In this document: one piece after another, positions 10,098 through 22,843 of the stretch
How the letters are laid out: each line of letters starts with the position of its first letter
Numbering within the stretch: the stretch's first letter is position 1
Assembly (NCBI GenBank): GCA_035504215.1
Contig: DATJSI010000085.1
Span: 5,984-69,983 of the forward strand
Direction: 5' to 3'
Length of the DNA stretch: 64,000 nt
From: Mycobacteriales bacterium
GTDB taxonomy: Bacteria; Actinomycetota; Actinomycetes; JAFAQI01
Made by a program: the position numbers and the translations under genes
The notes under the pieces: generated by a model
The model's database searches: none
Told to the model about the DNA's origin: nothing
The model's input: the letters and a program-made list of their open reading frames with translations, nothing else

Positions 10098-11078
10098 ATG
10101 GCAGAGCACCGCAGGGCCCGCATCATCGGGTACGGCATATTTGCCGCCGTACTGGCAGTGATCGTGAGCGCCCTCGCGTTGGGCGGCAACCACGGGAGCA
10201 ACGAGTCGGCCGGGGGTGCTGGGTCGACCTCCACTGCCGGATCGCACAACGCACCGAGCCGGACGTCCACGTTCGGCGTGGGTGCGGGCGCTCCCGCGGT
10301 GCCGGTTCCGGCGGCGACGGCGGCCCCTTCGGGTGCGACGGGTGTCCAGGGGTCGACGCAGGAAGGCCTGACGGTGCAGACGGCGGCCGATGCGGTCACC
10401 GCCACCCGGGTCGTGAAGACCGGACGGCTCGACCTGCGCGTGTCCCGCGGGCAGGTCCAGTCGACCGTCACGAAGCTGGTGAGCCTGACCACGTCGCTTG
10501 GTGGATACGTGTCGCAGAGCAGCACCGAGACGATCGCCGGTGAACCCGCCGGACAGCTGACCTTGCGGATCCCGGTTGCCAGCTTCGACAACGCCGTCAT
10601 CGCTGCAGAAAAGCTCGGTCATGTCGAGTCGTTGACGACCAACGCGCACGATGTCACCGGCAAGGTCGTCGATCTCGGTGCGCGCATCACTGCGTTGCGG
10701 CAGACCCGTGCGACCTACCTGACGATCCTCGGCCGGGCCCGAACCATCGGCGCGACGCTTGAGGTGCAGCAGCGGGTCGAGGACGTGCAGTCGCAGATCG
10801 ACGAGCTCCAGGGCGAGCTGAACGTGCTCCGCAACCAGAGCGCCGACGGGACGTTGACCGTCTCGGTCGACCAACCCACCCTGATTGCGCCCCGTCACCA
10901 GGTTCACCACAAGGGCGGGATCGGCAAGGCCTGGCACGACTCGGTGAGCCGGTTCGCCCGCGGTTTCGATGCGATCGTCGGCGCACTCGGGCCGCTGCTG
11001 CTGGTGGTCCTCGTGCTCGCGGTGCTGGCCGGGATCGCAACTCTCGGCTACCGCGGCGTGCGGCGCGCGACGTCCTGA
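10098..11078 (+). CDS. DUF4349 domain-containing membrane-anchored protein
   Basis: N- and C-terminal TM segments with a central coiled-coil region: TGRLDLRVSRGQVQSTVTKLVSLTTSLGGYVSQSS...LTLRIPVASFD...VTGKVVDLGARITALRQTRATYLTIL. GGGAGG RBS before ATG 10098. Confidence 0.7.
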   Translation: MAEHRRARIIGYGIFAAVLAVIVSALALGGNHGSNESAGGAGSTSTAGSHNAPSRTSTFGVGAGAPAVPVPAATAAPSGATGVQGSTQEGLTVQTAADAVTATRVVKTGRLDLRVSRGQVQSTVTKLVSLTTSLGGYVSQSSTETIAGEPAGQLTLRIPVASFDNAVIAAEKLGHVESLTTNAHDVTGKVVDLGARITALRQTRATYLTILGRARTIGATLEVQQRVEDVQSQIDELQGELNVLRNQSADGTLTVSVDQPTLIAPRHQVHHKGGIGKAWHDSVSRFARGFDAIVGALGPLLLVVLVLAVLAGIATLGYRGVRRATS

Positions 11079-11100
11079 CTCCGAACCGTATTCTGTTCGC

Positions 11101-12239
<1,139 letters not shown>

Positions 12240-12243
<4 letters not shown>

Positions 12244-13199
12244 CCGGCTACGGGATCACCTTCCCGTTCGAGGGCGTTCCGCTGATCGAGCAGCGGGACC
12301 TGGTCGAGCGGCTGCCCGATCTCGGCTACACCGACCTGTGGTCGGCCGAGTCGCACGCGACCGACGGCTTCACCCCACTGGCGCTGGCAAGCGTCTGGGC
12401 GCCACGACTGCGGCTGGGTACGGCGATCATCCCCGTCTACACCCGCGGGCCCGCGACGTTGGCGATGTCGGCGGCGACCATGGCAGCCGCGGCTCCGGGT
12501 CGATTCGTGCTGGGGATCGGTTCGTCCTCGAATGTGATCGTCGAGCAGTGGAACGACGTTCCGTTCGAGTCGCCGTACCAGAAGGTGCGCGACATGTTGC
12601 GTTTCCTACGTGCCGCGCTCTCGGGGGAGAAGGTCACCGAGAACTACGAGACGTTCTCGGTGAAGGGGTTCCGGCTCAACACGCCTCCCGAGGTGCCGCC
12701 CAGGATCTTGATCGCCGCGTTGCGCAGCGGGATGTTACGGCTGGCCGGGCGGGAGGCCGATGGAGCGATCGTCAACTGGCTCTCGCCGGAGGACGTCAGC
12801 ACCGTCGCGCCGTACGTTCGGGAGGACAACCCCGACAAGGAGATCGCCGCGCGGATCTTCGTCGCGCCGACCGCCGACGTCGAACCCGCTCGGACGATCG
12901 CACGGTTCGCCATCGCGGCGTACCTCACCGTGCCGGTCTATCGGGCCTTCCACGAGTGGCTCGGCCGCACCGAGCTGATGGCGGGCATGCAGGACGCGTG
13001 GGCGGCGGGGGACCGCAAGGGCGCGCTGACCGCAATCCCGGACGAGCTGGTCGACACCCTCGTCGTGCACGGCGAGCCCGCGGCGTGCCGCGAGCGGATC
13101 CAGGCCTACGTCGAGGCCGGCATCACGACCCCGGTGATTGCCCTGCTTCCCGTCGGTGTCTCGCCCACGCAGGCCGCGGCCGACCTTGCGCCGCGTTGA
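12240..13199 (+). CDS. LLM class F420-dependent (luciferase-like) oxidoreductase
   Basis: ATG at 12240 (ATGA overlap with the ACAD stop): MTGYGITFPFEGVPLIEQRDLVERLPDLGYTDLWSAESHATDGFTPLALAS... Confidence 0.8.
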
Positions 13200-13212
13200 T
13201 GAGGATGCGCTG

Positions 13213-13986
13213 ATGAGCGATCTGGTTCTGTACGACGTCGACGGCGGGGTCGCGCTTCTCACTCTGAACCGTCCCGACAAGCTCAATGCGTGGACCCTCG
13301 ACATGGGTCGCGACTACTTGGCCCGCATGGAGCAGGCCGCGACCGACCCGGACGTGCGCGTCGTCGTCGTGACCGGGGCAGGGCGCGGCTTCTGTGCGGG
13401 CGCAGACCTGTCGCTGTTGACCGAGCTGGTGGCCGGCGCCGCGCCGCCGCAGGACGGTCTGCGGCCCGAGGACCAGGTCGAGCCCACCGTTCCCAAGCCG
13501 GTGATCGCCGCGATCAACGGGCCGTGCGTCGGTCTAGGCCTGACCCGGGCGATGTACTGCGACCTGCGGTTCCTCGCTGCCGGCACCGAGCTGTCGACTG
13601 CCTTCGCCAGACGCGGGCTGGTCGCCGAGCACGGGATGTCCTGGATGCTGCCGCGCCTCGTCGGGTGGTCGCGGGCGGTGGATCTGCTGATGTCAGGTCG
13701 GTCAGTCGGCTCCGACGAGGCGCTGGCGATCGGACTGGTCGACCGGATCGCCGACGACGCCCTCGGCGCGGCGCTGGACTACGCGCGGGAGATCGTCCGG
13801 TGCTGCTCACCGGCGGCGCTGCGTGACATCAAGCAGCAGCTATGGGCGGATGCCGAGGCAACCTTCCGCGAGGCACTCGACCGCTCGGCCGGCCTGATGC
13901 TGGCCTCGTTCTCCAGGCCGGACCTCGCGGAAGGTGTCGTCAGCTTTCTCGAGAAGCGCGCACCCGACTTCCCACCGTTGCGCTGA
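13213..13986 (+). CDS. enoyl-CoA hydratase/isomerase family protein
   Basis: ATG at 13213: MSDLVLYDVDGGVALLTLNRPDKLNAWT...VVVTGAGRGFCAGADLSLL... (crotonase fold motifs). Confidence 0.85.
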   Translation: MSDLVLYDVDGGVALLTLNRPDKLNAWTLDMGRDYLARMEQAATDPDVRVVVVTGAGRGFCAGADLSLLTELVAGAAPPQDGLRPEDQVEPTVPKPVIAAINGPCVGLGLTRAMYCDLRFLAAGTELSTAFARRGLVAEHGMSWMLPRLVGWSRAVDLLMSGRSVGSDEALAIGLVDRIADDALGAALDYAREIVRCCSPAALRDIKQQLWADAEATFREALDRSAGLMLASFSRPDLAEGVVSFLEKRAPDFPPLR

Positions 13987-14018
13987 CCCGCGTTCGCGCC
14001 GGGCCACTCCGGACATGG

Positions 14019-14058
14019 TTCGGCCGGGGCACCTGCGTCCGAAGGCGCCCCGGCCGAA
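14019..14058. terminator. 12-bp perfect inverted repeat between convergent genes (candidate bidirectional terminator hairpin)
   Basis: TTCGGCCGGGGC (14019-14030), 16-nt loop, GCCCCGGCCGAA (14047-14058). It lies between the enoyl-CoA hydratase stop and the satP stop. There is no clear U-tract. Confidence 0.5.
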
Positions 14059-14102
14059 ACGTGGCGGTCCGGGCCCGGGGACCCGTTCCGCACGGCCGCG
14101 GT

Positions 14103-14729
14103 CTAGGGCCGCGTGAGCGGCCAGACCGGAATGAGTGGCCGGCCGAAGGTGGTGTTCGTTACCCCGGCGAACGACGCGTACCAGGCCGCCGCCGCCGTAG
14201 CGACACCGAACCAGCCACCCGCCTTCGTCATCCCGTCCGGCACCGTGGCGGTTGGGCTGGAGTGGAACGCCCCGATGGTCAGCAGCACGAACGTGATTGT
14301 CAGCAGTGCGAAGACCACGAAAACGGCGCCGTTGGTCCGAAGGGAGGCGATCGTCATGTAGAAGGTGAAGATGCACCAGCCGAGCAGGAAGGTGCCGACG
14401 ACAACCGGTCCATCGGCCGCCGTGAACCCACCGTGCACGTTCAGATACCAGAAGGCGATCCAGAACGCACCGTACGACGAGAACGCGGTCGCACCGAACG
14501 TGTTGTTGCGCTTGAACTCCCACATCCCGGCGAGCAGCTGCGCACCACCGCCATAGGCGAGTGCCAGCGAGATCGCGGAGAACGCGCCGGCCGCCCAAGT
14601 GTTGGTGTTGTGCAAGCTGAGGATGAGAGTGGTCATCGCGAAGCCCGCGAGCCCGAGCGGAGCGGGATCCGCCACCGTGGGTAAGGCCACGGGTTGAGCC
14701 GCAGGTTGAACGGCAGTCGTTTCGGCCAT
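14103..14729 (-). CDS. satP: GPR1/FUN34/YaaH family acetate (succinate-acetate/proton) transporter
   Basis: 208 aa: ...ADPAPLGLAGFAMTTLILSLHNTN...LAYGGGAQLLAGMWEFKRNNTFGATAFSSYGAFWIAFW... It lies 3 nt downstream of acs. Confidence 0.85.
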   Translation of the reverse strand: MAETTAVQPAAQPVALPTVADPAPLGLAGFAMTTLILSLHNTNTWAAGAFSAISLALAYGGGAQLLAGMWEFKRNNTFGATAFSSYGAFWIAFWYLNVHGGFTAADGPVVVGTFLLGWCIFTFYMTIASLRTNGAVFVVFALLTITFVLLTIGAFHSSPTATVPDGMTKAGGWFGVATAAAAWYASFAGVTNTTFGRPLIPVWPLTRP

Positions 14730-14732
14730 GCG

Positions 14733-16724
<1,992 letters not shown>

Positions 16725-16894
16725 GTGTTCGTCCCTTCGGTAACGGTGTGGAGTTTTGACGACACCCGTGCAGGTAGCAACGACCTGCCGGGCACGAGAC
16801 GCCGAACGTCACGAAGCCTGCGCCGAGCGGCACGTGGGCCGCGACGAACGGCATTCGGTGTCCCGGGCATCAGGACAGGTAGTGGCCACTGCCA

Positions 16895-18661
16895 CTATGC
16901 CCAGCCGGTCTCCCGGGCTACCGCAGTAGGGGGTGCGGTCGGCCAGGTCCGTGGCATCGGGCCGCGCAGTCCCTCGGGCAGATGGAGCACGAGCATCTTG
17001 CCGGCGACGTCCTCCGGCAACGACCCCGGAGTGAGCAGCGAGACGACGATCATGACGAGGAAGCTCGTCGGCACTGTCCAGATCGCGGGCAGGCCGAGCA
17101 GGACCGCGGGCCAGCCCGTCTGGCCGCCGCCGAGCATGGTGATCGCGATCGCCGTCGCGGAGGTCAGCCCGCCCACGACCAGACCTGCGAGGCAGCCGGT
17201 CCGGCTGAGCCGCCGCCACCAGATGCCGAGCAGCAGCAGCGGGCAGAACGTCGACGCGGCGATCGCGAACGCCCAGCCGACCAGCAGGTTGAGCGAGAAC
17301 CCACCGACCCGCAGCCCGGCGCCGATCGCCAGCGCGCCGGCGACCACGGAACACCAGCGGAAGGTGCGCACGCTCCCGTCCAGCAGGTCGTGGGAGAGCG
17401 CCCCGGCGACGCTGATCAGCAGGCCCGACGAGGTGGACAGGAAGGCGGCAAACGCTCCCGCCGCGACCAGCGCCGCGAGGGTGACGCCACCCGGTCCCGC
17501 GACCGCGAGCTTCGGCAGGACCAGGACCACCGAGTCGGTGTTGGCGGTCAGGTAGAGACCGGGCGCCTCGAGTCGCCCGAGCACGCCGAATACCACCGGG
17601 AACAGGTAGAAGCAGCTGACCAGCAGCAGGACGATGGCGGTCGTGCGCCGCGCCGATCGGCCGTCGCGGTTGGTGTAGAAGCGAACCAGGATGTGCGGCA
17701 GGCCGACCGTGCCGAGGAAGGTGGCGAGGATCAAGCCGTACGTCGCCGCCAGCGGATGTTGTTCACCGGAGCCCGCTCTCGCGAACGGCATCGACCACTG
17801 CCGTCCGGTCAGCTCGTCGAGGCCGACCGCGCTGGGCGCGGCGGCGCCGGCCGGGAAGCGCAGCTTCGCACCACGCCCGGCGCTGTGCCGCCCGGAGGTC
17901 AACCTGACCGCGCCGTCGACCGTGCGCCCGTCCAACGTGCCGGACGCAGTCACGACCACCGGCTTGCGCACCGTGAAGTCGATCGGTTCCGTGACCGAGA
18001 CCGTCGTCGCGACGGGGAAGGTCGCACCCACCGGCCGGTCGAGCGCATCCGCGCGGGCGTGCGTCAGCGACAGCAGCACGATCGCGGGCACGGCGATCGC
18101 GACGATCTTCAACCAGAACTGGAAGGCCTGGACGACAGTGATCCCCTTCATGCCACCGGCCGCGATGTTGGCGGTGACGATGGCACCGAGGGCAACGACC
18201 CCTACCCAGTACGGCGAACCCACCACGACCTGCAACGTGATGCCGGCGCCTTTGAGCTGGGGGAGCAGGTAGAACCAACCGATGACCAGCACGAAGACGG
18301 TGCCGACCTTCCGGAGCAACGGCGACTCGAGCCTGCCCTCGGCGAAGTCGGGGATCGTGTACGCACCGAAGCGCCGCAGCGGTGCCGCGACGAACAACAG
18401 CAGCACGAGGTACCCGGTCGCATAACCGACCGGGTACCAGAGCGCGCCGACTCCGTTGACGTAGACCAGCCCGGCGACGCCGAGGAACGACGCCGCGGAC
18501 AGGTACTCGCCGGAGATCGCTGAGGCGTTGACCAGTGACGGCACGGCGCGAGCAGCGACCAGGAAGTCGGCGGGCGTTCGCGCCACCCGCATCCCGCGGG
18601 CACCGAGAGCGACCGTGATCAGGGTGATCGCGACGACCGCCGCGATCCCGGACCCGTTCAC
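16895..18661 (-). CDS. actP: sodium:solute symporter family cation/acetate symporter (ActP-like)
   Basis: 588 aa polytopic protein: ...ADFLVAARAVPSLVNASAISGEYLSAASFLGVAGLVYVNGVGALWYPVGY... GTG at 18661 overlaps (GTGA) the stop of the upstream small membrane protein. Confidence 0.85.
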   Translation of the reverse strand: MNGSGIAAVVAITLITVALGARGMRVARTPADFLVAARAVPSLVNASAISGEYLSAASFLGVAGLVYVNGVGALWYPVGYATGYLVLLLFVAAPLRRFGAYTIPDFAEGRLESPLLRKVGTVFVLVIGWFYLLPQLKGAGITLQVVVGSPYWVGVVALGAIVTANIAAGGMKGITVVQAFQFWLKIVAIAVPAIVLLSLTHARADALDRPVGATFPVATTVSVTEPIDFTVRKPVVVTASGTLDGRTVDGAVRLTSGRHSAGRGAKLRFPAGAAAPSAVGLDELTGRQWSMPFARAGSGEQHPLAATYGLILATFLGTVGLPHILVRFYTNRDGRSARRTTAIVLLLVSCFYLFPVVFGVLGRLEAPGLYLTANTDSVVLVLPKLAVAGPGGVTLAALVAAGAFAAFLSTSSGLLISVAGALSHDLLDGSVRTFRWCSVVAGALAIGAGLRVGGFSLNLLVGWAFAIAASTFCPLLLLGIWWRRLSRTGCLAGLVVGGLTSATAIAITMLGGGQTGWPAVLLGLPAIWTVPTSFLVMIVVSLLTPGSLPEDVAGKMLVLHLPEGLRGPMPRTWPTAPPTAVARETGWA

Positions 18662-19041
18662 GTCGGCCGGCTCAGCAGCTCGGCGAAGCGGCGCTCGAGC
18701 CGCTCGGCAAGGTGCACGTACCCCCAGCCCAACACGACCAGCACCGGGTAGATGCCGCCGCCGAGCACGAGAAGCGGCACCGGAAGCCCGTGCACGGTGG
18801 CATGCACCACGCTCGGGAACAGCGCCGCAATGATTGGCAGCGAACCGATCACGGCGATCGTCAACGCGGCGAATCCGATCGTCAGCCCGAGCTGGGCCCG
18901 GATCAGCCCTGTGATGAGCACAACGCCGTACGGGTTGTCCGTGCTCAGGTCCGAGACGTCGGGCAGGGGTCGCGCGCCGGCCGCGCCTACCGACGGTGCC
19001 TGGACGACCTGGCGGCCCGGCCGGATCGGGTCGAGGGTCAC
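18658..19041 (-). CDS. small two-TM membrane protein, DUF485-like partner of the symporter
   Basis: I chose GTG at 19041, which lies 7 nt after the response-regulator stop, inside track ORF 18658..19236. Hydrophobic core LITGLIRAQLGLTIGFAALTIAVIGSLPIIAAL...VPLLVLGGGIYPVLVVLGWGYV. Position upstream of actP is typical of DUF485. Confidence 0.55.
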   Translation of the reverse strand: MTLDPIRPGRQVVQAPSVGAAGARPLPDVSDLSTDNPYGVVLITGLIRAQLGLTIGFAALTIAVIGSLPIIAALFPSVVHATVHGLPVPLLVLGGGIYPVLVVLGWGYVHLAERLERRFAELLSRPT

Positions 19042-19048
19042 CGAGCGG

Positions 19049-19798
19049 TCACCGCAGGCCGCCGCGCCTCGCCGCCCGGACCAAGCGGTCCCGCAGCTCG
19101 CGGGTGTGCCGGCGAGCGACCGGCAGCTCGGTCCGGCCGATCCGCACGGTGGACGTGCCCGCTTCGGTGCTGATCTCGGTGATGTGCCGGATCGACACGA
19201 GGTAGCCGCGGTGAATGCGGGCGAAGCCGTGGTCATCCCAGCGGTCGGCGAGCAGTGAGATCGTCAGGCGGACGAGGTAGTTGGCGCCGCTCACCGTGTG
19301 CAGCCGGACGTAGTCGCCTTGTGCCTCTACCCAGGCGATGTCGGAGCGGTCGATCAGCCGGGTCGTGCCGCCGGTGTCCACCGGGATCATGCTCAGGTCG
19401 TCGGGCACGGAGCGGTTGGCGGCCTTCGACTCGCAGATCCGGTCAAGGGTCTCCGCGAGGCGGTCCGCGGACGGTGGCTTGAGAAGGTAGTCGCTGGCGC
19501 GTACCTCGAAGGCCTCGAGCGCGTGCTCGTCGTACGCCGTGACGAAGACGACCGAGGGCGGGTCCGAAAAGCGCAGCAGCAAGCGAGCCAGCTCGAGGCC
19601 ATCGAGTCTGGGCATCCGTACGTCGAGCATGAGCACGTCATAGTCGTGGTCGCGCAGCTTGCGCAGCGCTGCGGTCGCATCGCTCGCGACGTCGACCGAG
19701 CCGACGCGGTCATCGGCCTGGAGCAGGAAGACCAGCTCGTCGAGCGCCGGCGCCTCGTCGTCGACGGCGAGGACGGATAGCTGCGTGGCCGCGGTCAT
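19049..19798 (-). CDS. LytR/AlgR (LytTR) family response regulator
   Basis: Receiver domain (LSVLAVDDEAPALDELVFLL...YDVLMLDVRMPRLDGLELA) plus a C-terminal LytTR DNA-binding domain (...IAWVEAQGDYVRLHT...IHRGYLVSIRHI). Confidence 0.9.
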   Translation of the reverse strand: MTAATQLSVLAVDDEAPALDELVFLLQADDRVGSVDVASDATAALRKLRDHDYDVLMLDVRMPRLDGLELARLLLRFSDPPSVVFVTAYDEHALEAFEVRASDYLLKPPSADRLAETLDRICESKAANRSVPDDLSMIPVDTGGTTRLIDRSDIAWVEAQGDYVRLHTVSGANYLVRLTISLLADRWDDHGFARIHRGYLVSIRHITEISTEAGTSTVRIGRTELPVARRHTRELRDRLVRAARRGGLR

Positions 19799-20979
19799 GT
19801 CGCGCGCACCCCGACCTTGAACTTCGGCACCCGCATCACCACTCTCGTCCCGAGCCCGACCTCGGTCTCGACCCTGAGCCCGAACCCCGGGCCGAAGACC
19901 CGGCGCAGCCGCTCGTCGACGTTGCGCAGGCCGACGCCATCACCCGTGCGGCCGGCCAGCTGCTCGCGCAGCCGTCCCGGGTCCATGCCCACGCCATCGT
20001 CCTCCACCGCGATCACGGCCTCCGTGTCACCGTCCTGCACGATCAGCGAGATGTGACCGTCACCACCCGCCGCCTCGATGCCATGCCGTACGGCGTTCTC
20101 GACCAGGGGTTGAAGGGTCAGGCACGGCATGGCGACCGGAAGCACCTCGGGCGCCACCCGCAGCGTCACGTCGAGTCGATCGCCGAAGCGTGCCCGCTCG
20201 AGCTCGAGATAGGTCTCGACCAGGCGCAGCTCCTCGGCGAGGGTCGCGTACGGGCCGTGGGTTCTGAACGTGTAGCGGATGAAGTCCGCGAAACCGATCA
20301 GCAGCTCGCGCGCCCGTTCCGGGTCGGAGCGGATGTAGGACTCGATCGCCGTGAGCGCGTTGTAGACGAAGTGCGGCGAGATCTGGGCGCGCAAAAACTT
20401 CAGCTCGGCCTGCATCGCGCGGGTCTTCGACAGGTCGAGCTCGGCGAGCTCGAGCTGCGACGAGGCGAAGGCGGCAACCTCGCCGGCGGCTCGAAGCAGG
20501 TCCGGCCGGGCCCGCTCGTCGAGCACCGCAATGGCCCCGACCACCCGGTCCGACACCTGCAGCGGGACGACGACTCCCGAGGCCAGTGGGCAGTAGGCCG
20601 CGCCACAGACCAGCTCGCTCGACTGGATCAACCGGGCGCGCGCGTCCGCGACTACCTGGGCGAGCAGCGGTGCGACGAGCCCGACATGGGTCTCATCGGC
20701 TCCGTCGCTGGCGAGTACGCCGGCGGCGTCGCCGATCACCAGCGCCGGCGTCCCTAGCAGCTTGCGCAGCGGCGGCGCCGACTTCGTCGCGCTCTCCGCG
20801 GTCAGGCCGGCTCGCAGGCCGCCGGCCGCCGTACTCGCGGTGTGCAAGGTCGCGTACGTGGTGCGCTGGGCCGAGGTGCCGAGCTTCTTGCTGCCGCGGA
20901 TGAAGTACTGGGCGGCCAGGATCAGCGCGATCACGACAACGGCGAGCGCGGCGACGAGCACCGAATCCTTCACGGGCAC
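19795..20979 (-). CDS. LytS/YehU-type sensor histidine kinase
   Basis: N-terminal TM, GAF-like region, His_kinase motif LRAQISPHFVYNALTAIESYI and HATPase motif LQPLVENAVRHG...DDGVGM. 4-nt overlap with the response regulator. Confidence 0.85.
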   Translation of the reverse strand: MPVKDSVLVAALAVVVIALILAAQYFIRGSKKLGTSAQRTTYATLHTASTAAGGLRAGLTAESATKSAPPLRKLLGTPALVIGDAAGVLASDGADETHVGLVAPLLAQVVADARARLIQSSELVCGAAYCPLASGVVVPLQVSDRVVGAIAVLDERARPDLLRAAGEVAAFASSQLELAELDLSKTRAMQAELKFLRAQISPHFVYNALTAIESYIRSDPERARELLIGFADFIRYTFRTHGPYATLAEELRLVETYLELERARFGDRLDVTLRVAPEVLPVAMPCLTLQPLVENAVRHGIEAAGGDGHISLIVQDGDTEAVIAVEDDGVGMDPGRLREQLAGRTGDGVGLRNVDERLRRVFGPGFGLRVETEVGLGTRVVMRVPKFKVGVRAT

Positions 20980-21056
20980 CCTGTCCGGCGCTGGTCAAGA
21001 CCGGCCTCCGGCGTCACCATAACGCCAGGGCCCCGCCGCGACGCCGTTAACGCCGG

Positions 21057-21083
21057 GTGAACCGATCCGGCTGCTCATCCGTG
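21057..21083 (+). promoter_or_regulatory. possible ECF-type autoregulatory promoter (GTGAACC-N16/17-CCGTG)
   Basis: A GAAC-containing -35-like element (21057-21063) and a CGT-containing -10-like element (21079-21083) lie just upstream of the sigma-factor GTG at 21092. This is pattern resemblance only. Confidence 0.25.
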
Positions 21084-21091
21084 GGTGAAAG

Positions 21092-21616
21092 GTGATCACC
21101 GCTGTGGACGCCGACGACGAAGCCGCGCTACGCGAGCTGTACGACGCGCATGCCGGCGCGCTGCTCGCGTACTCGCTGCGGCTCACGAACGGCGACCGGG
21201 GCCGGGCCGAGGACGTCGTACAGGAGACGATGCTGCGCGCCTGGCGGCATCGCGAGTCGCTCGACGAGAGTCGTGGCCCGGTGCGGCCGTGGCTGTTCAC
21301 CGTCGCGCACCACGTCGCGATCGACGCGCACCGCGCCCGATCCGCCCGGCCGAACGAGGTCGGCGACGCGGTCCTCGCGACCGTGCCGGCCGCGGATGAG
21401 ATCGACGTCCGCCTGGACCGGCTGCTGATCGCCGACGCCATGGCCGCGCTTTCACCCGAGCACCAGGCGGTGCTCGTCGAGACTTACTACCGCGGGCAGT
21501 CGGTCGCCGCGGCGGCAACCGCGCTCGGCGTCCCGCCGGGCACGGTGAAGTCGCGGACCTTCTACGCCCTGCGGGCGCTGAAGCTTGCGCTGGCCGAACG
21601 GGGGGTGACGACATGA
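21092..21616 (+). CDS. ECF (group 4) sigma-70 family RNA polymerase sigma factor
   Basis: 174 aa: ...LRELYDAHAGALLAYSLRLTNGDRGRAEDVVQETMLRAWRH...RPWLFTVAHHVAIDAHR... (regions 2 and 4). GAAAGG RBS. Confidence 0.9.
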   Translation: MITAVDADDEAALRELYDAHAGALLAYSLRLTNGDRGRAEDVVQETMLRAWRHRESLDESRGPVRPWLFTVAHHVAIDAHRARSARPNEVGDAVLATVPAADEIDVRLDRLLIADAMAALSPEHQAVLVETYYRGQSVAAAATALGVPPGTVKSRTFYALRALKLALAERGVTT

Positions 21617-22272
21617 CCTGCGAGGAGACCGTCGTGTCGCTCGGCGTCTATGTGGTCGGAGCGCTCGACCCGGCCGAGCGGGCAGAAGTCGACGCGCACC
21701 TCGAGCAGTGCGCGGCCTGCCGGGCCGAGCTGGCATCGCTCGCCGGGTTGCCGGAGTTGCTGGACCGGCTCTCGATCGAGGACTTCCCGCTCGAGTTGAT
21801 GGCGGCACCCGCCGACCTGTTCGACCGGGTCGCCGCGCGTGCGCGCGAAGAGGACGAGCAGCGGACCCGCCGTGGCCTGCTGAGCACGACGTACCGCCGG
21901 CTCACCGCGGTCGCGGCCGCCGCCGTACTGGTGGCCGGTGCGAGCGTGGGCGCGGTCGCTCTCGCCCATCACGACCAGCACCCGCGGTCGAGCTTCACGG
22001 CCACCCAGAGCGGGGTCACGATGCGGGTGACCTTGGCCTCGCAGGCGTCCGGGACCGGGCTGAACGTCACCGTGTCGGGGCTGCCCCGTGACGAGCACTG
22101 CCAGCTGATCGCGGTCGGGAAGGACGGCACCCGTGACGTCGCGGGTCGCTGGGACGCGACGTACTCGGGCTGGGCGCAGGAGACCGGCTCGACCCGGTTG
22201 CCGCGTTCCGAGCTCGCTCAGCTGATCCTGCTGGGCAACGGCGGGACCCGGCTGGCCACGGTCAACGTCTGA
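21613..22272 (+). CDS. zinc-binding (ZAS) anti-sigma factor, single-pass membrane protein
   Basis: ATGA overlap with the sigma gene. H-x3-C-x2-C motif HLEQCAACRAEL; central TM LTAVAAAAVLVAGASVGAVALA. Confidence 0.75.
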   Translation: MTCEETVVSLGVYVVGALDPAERAEVDAHLEQCAACRAELASLAGLPELLDRLSIEDFPLELMAAPADLFDRVAARAREEDEQRTRRGLLSTTYRRLTAVAAAAVLVAGASVGAVALAHHDQHPRSSFTATQSGVTMRVTLASQASGTGLNVTVSGLPRDEHCQLIAVGKDGTRDVAGRWDATYSGWAQETGSTRLPRSELAQLILLGNGGTRLATVNV

Positions 22273-22449
22273 CCCGGTGAGCAGGCGCCCGGGTTAGCCC
22301 GCTGGCGGTCGCCGATAGCCCGAATGGCCGAACGCCGGCCGGCGGGCGAATGCGCTGCAGGGACGGTTCGTACGGCGGGCGGCCGCGGGACGATCGAAGG
22401 ACCTGCCGCTCGACTCGGGGGGCGGCTGTTGCAGGAGCTAGCTACTTCG

Positions 22450-22827
22450 ATGAGTCCGTCCTATCAGCAGATCGATCTGGAGCCGACCGGCACCGCGCCG
22501 GGCGAGGCTCGCCGGGTCGTGCGCCAGATGCTGCTGCCGCTGGTGTCGGAGGACGTGACCGACACCGCTGAGCTGCTGGTCTCCGAGCTCGTGACGAACG
22601 CGATCACGCACGGTGCCGGGACGATCACGGTGTCGATCATTTGCGACGACGAGGAGTTGTCGGTCACGGTGAGCGACGACGAGCCCACCCAGCCGCTGCT
22701 TCAGCCCGAGCGGCTGATGGCGCTGGGCGGTCGCGGCATGCGGTTGGTCGAGTCCCTCGCCGGCGAGTGGGGGGTCAAGCCGCGGATCGGCAGCCCGGGC
22801 AAGGACGTGTGGTTCCGCCTGCCGTAG
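22450..22827 (+). CDS. ATP-binding protein, RsbW/SpoIIAB-like anti-sigma regulatory Ser kinase (HATPase_c_2)
   Basis: In-frame ATG at 22450 (GCAGGAG RBS) of track ORF 22324..22827: ...GEARRVVRQMLL...TAELLVSELVTNAITHGAGTITVSI...LSVTVSDD...GGRGMRLVESLAGEWGV...GKDVWFRL. Confidence 0.7.
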   Translation: MSPSYQQIDLEPTGTAPGEARRVVRQMLLPLVSEDVTDTAELLVSELVTNAITHGAGTITVSIICDDEELSVTVSDDEPTQPLLQPERLMALGGRGMRLVESLAGEWGVKPRIGSPGKDVWFRLP

Positions 22828-22843
22828 GCGGGTGCCCTGAGGC

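Noticed and set aside
16725-16894. LytTR-type direct-repeat operator upstream of acs.
   Set aside because: Only weak recurring CGAACG-like strings are visible. There is no convincing 9-10-nt direct repeat at helical spacing, so the site cannot be called by eye.
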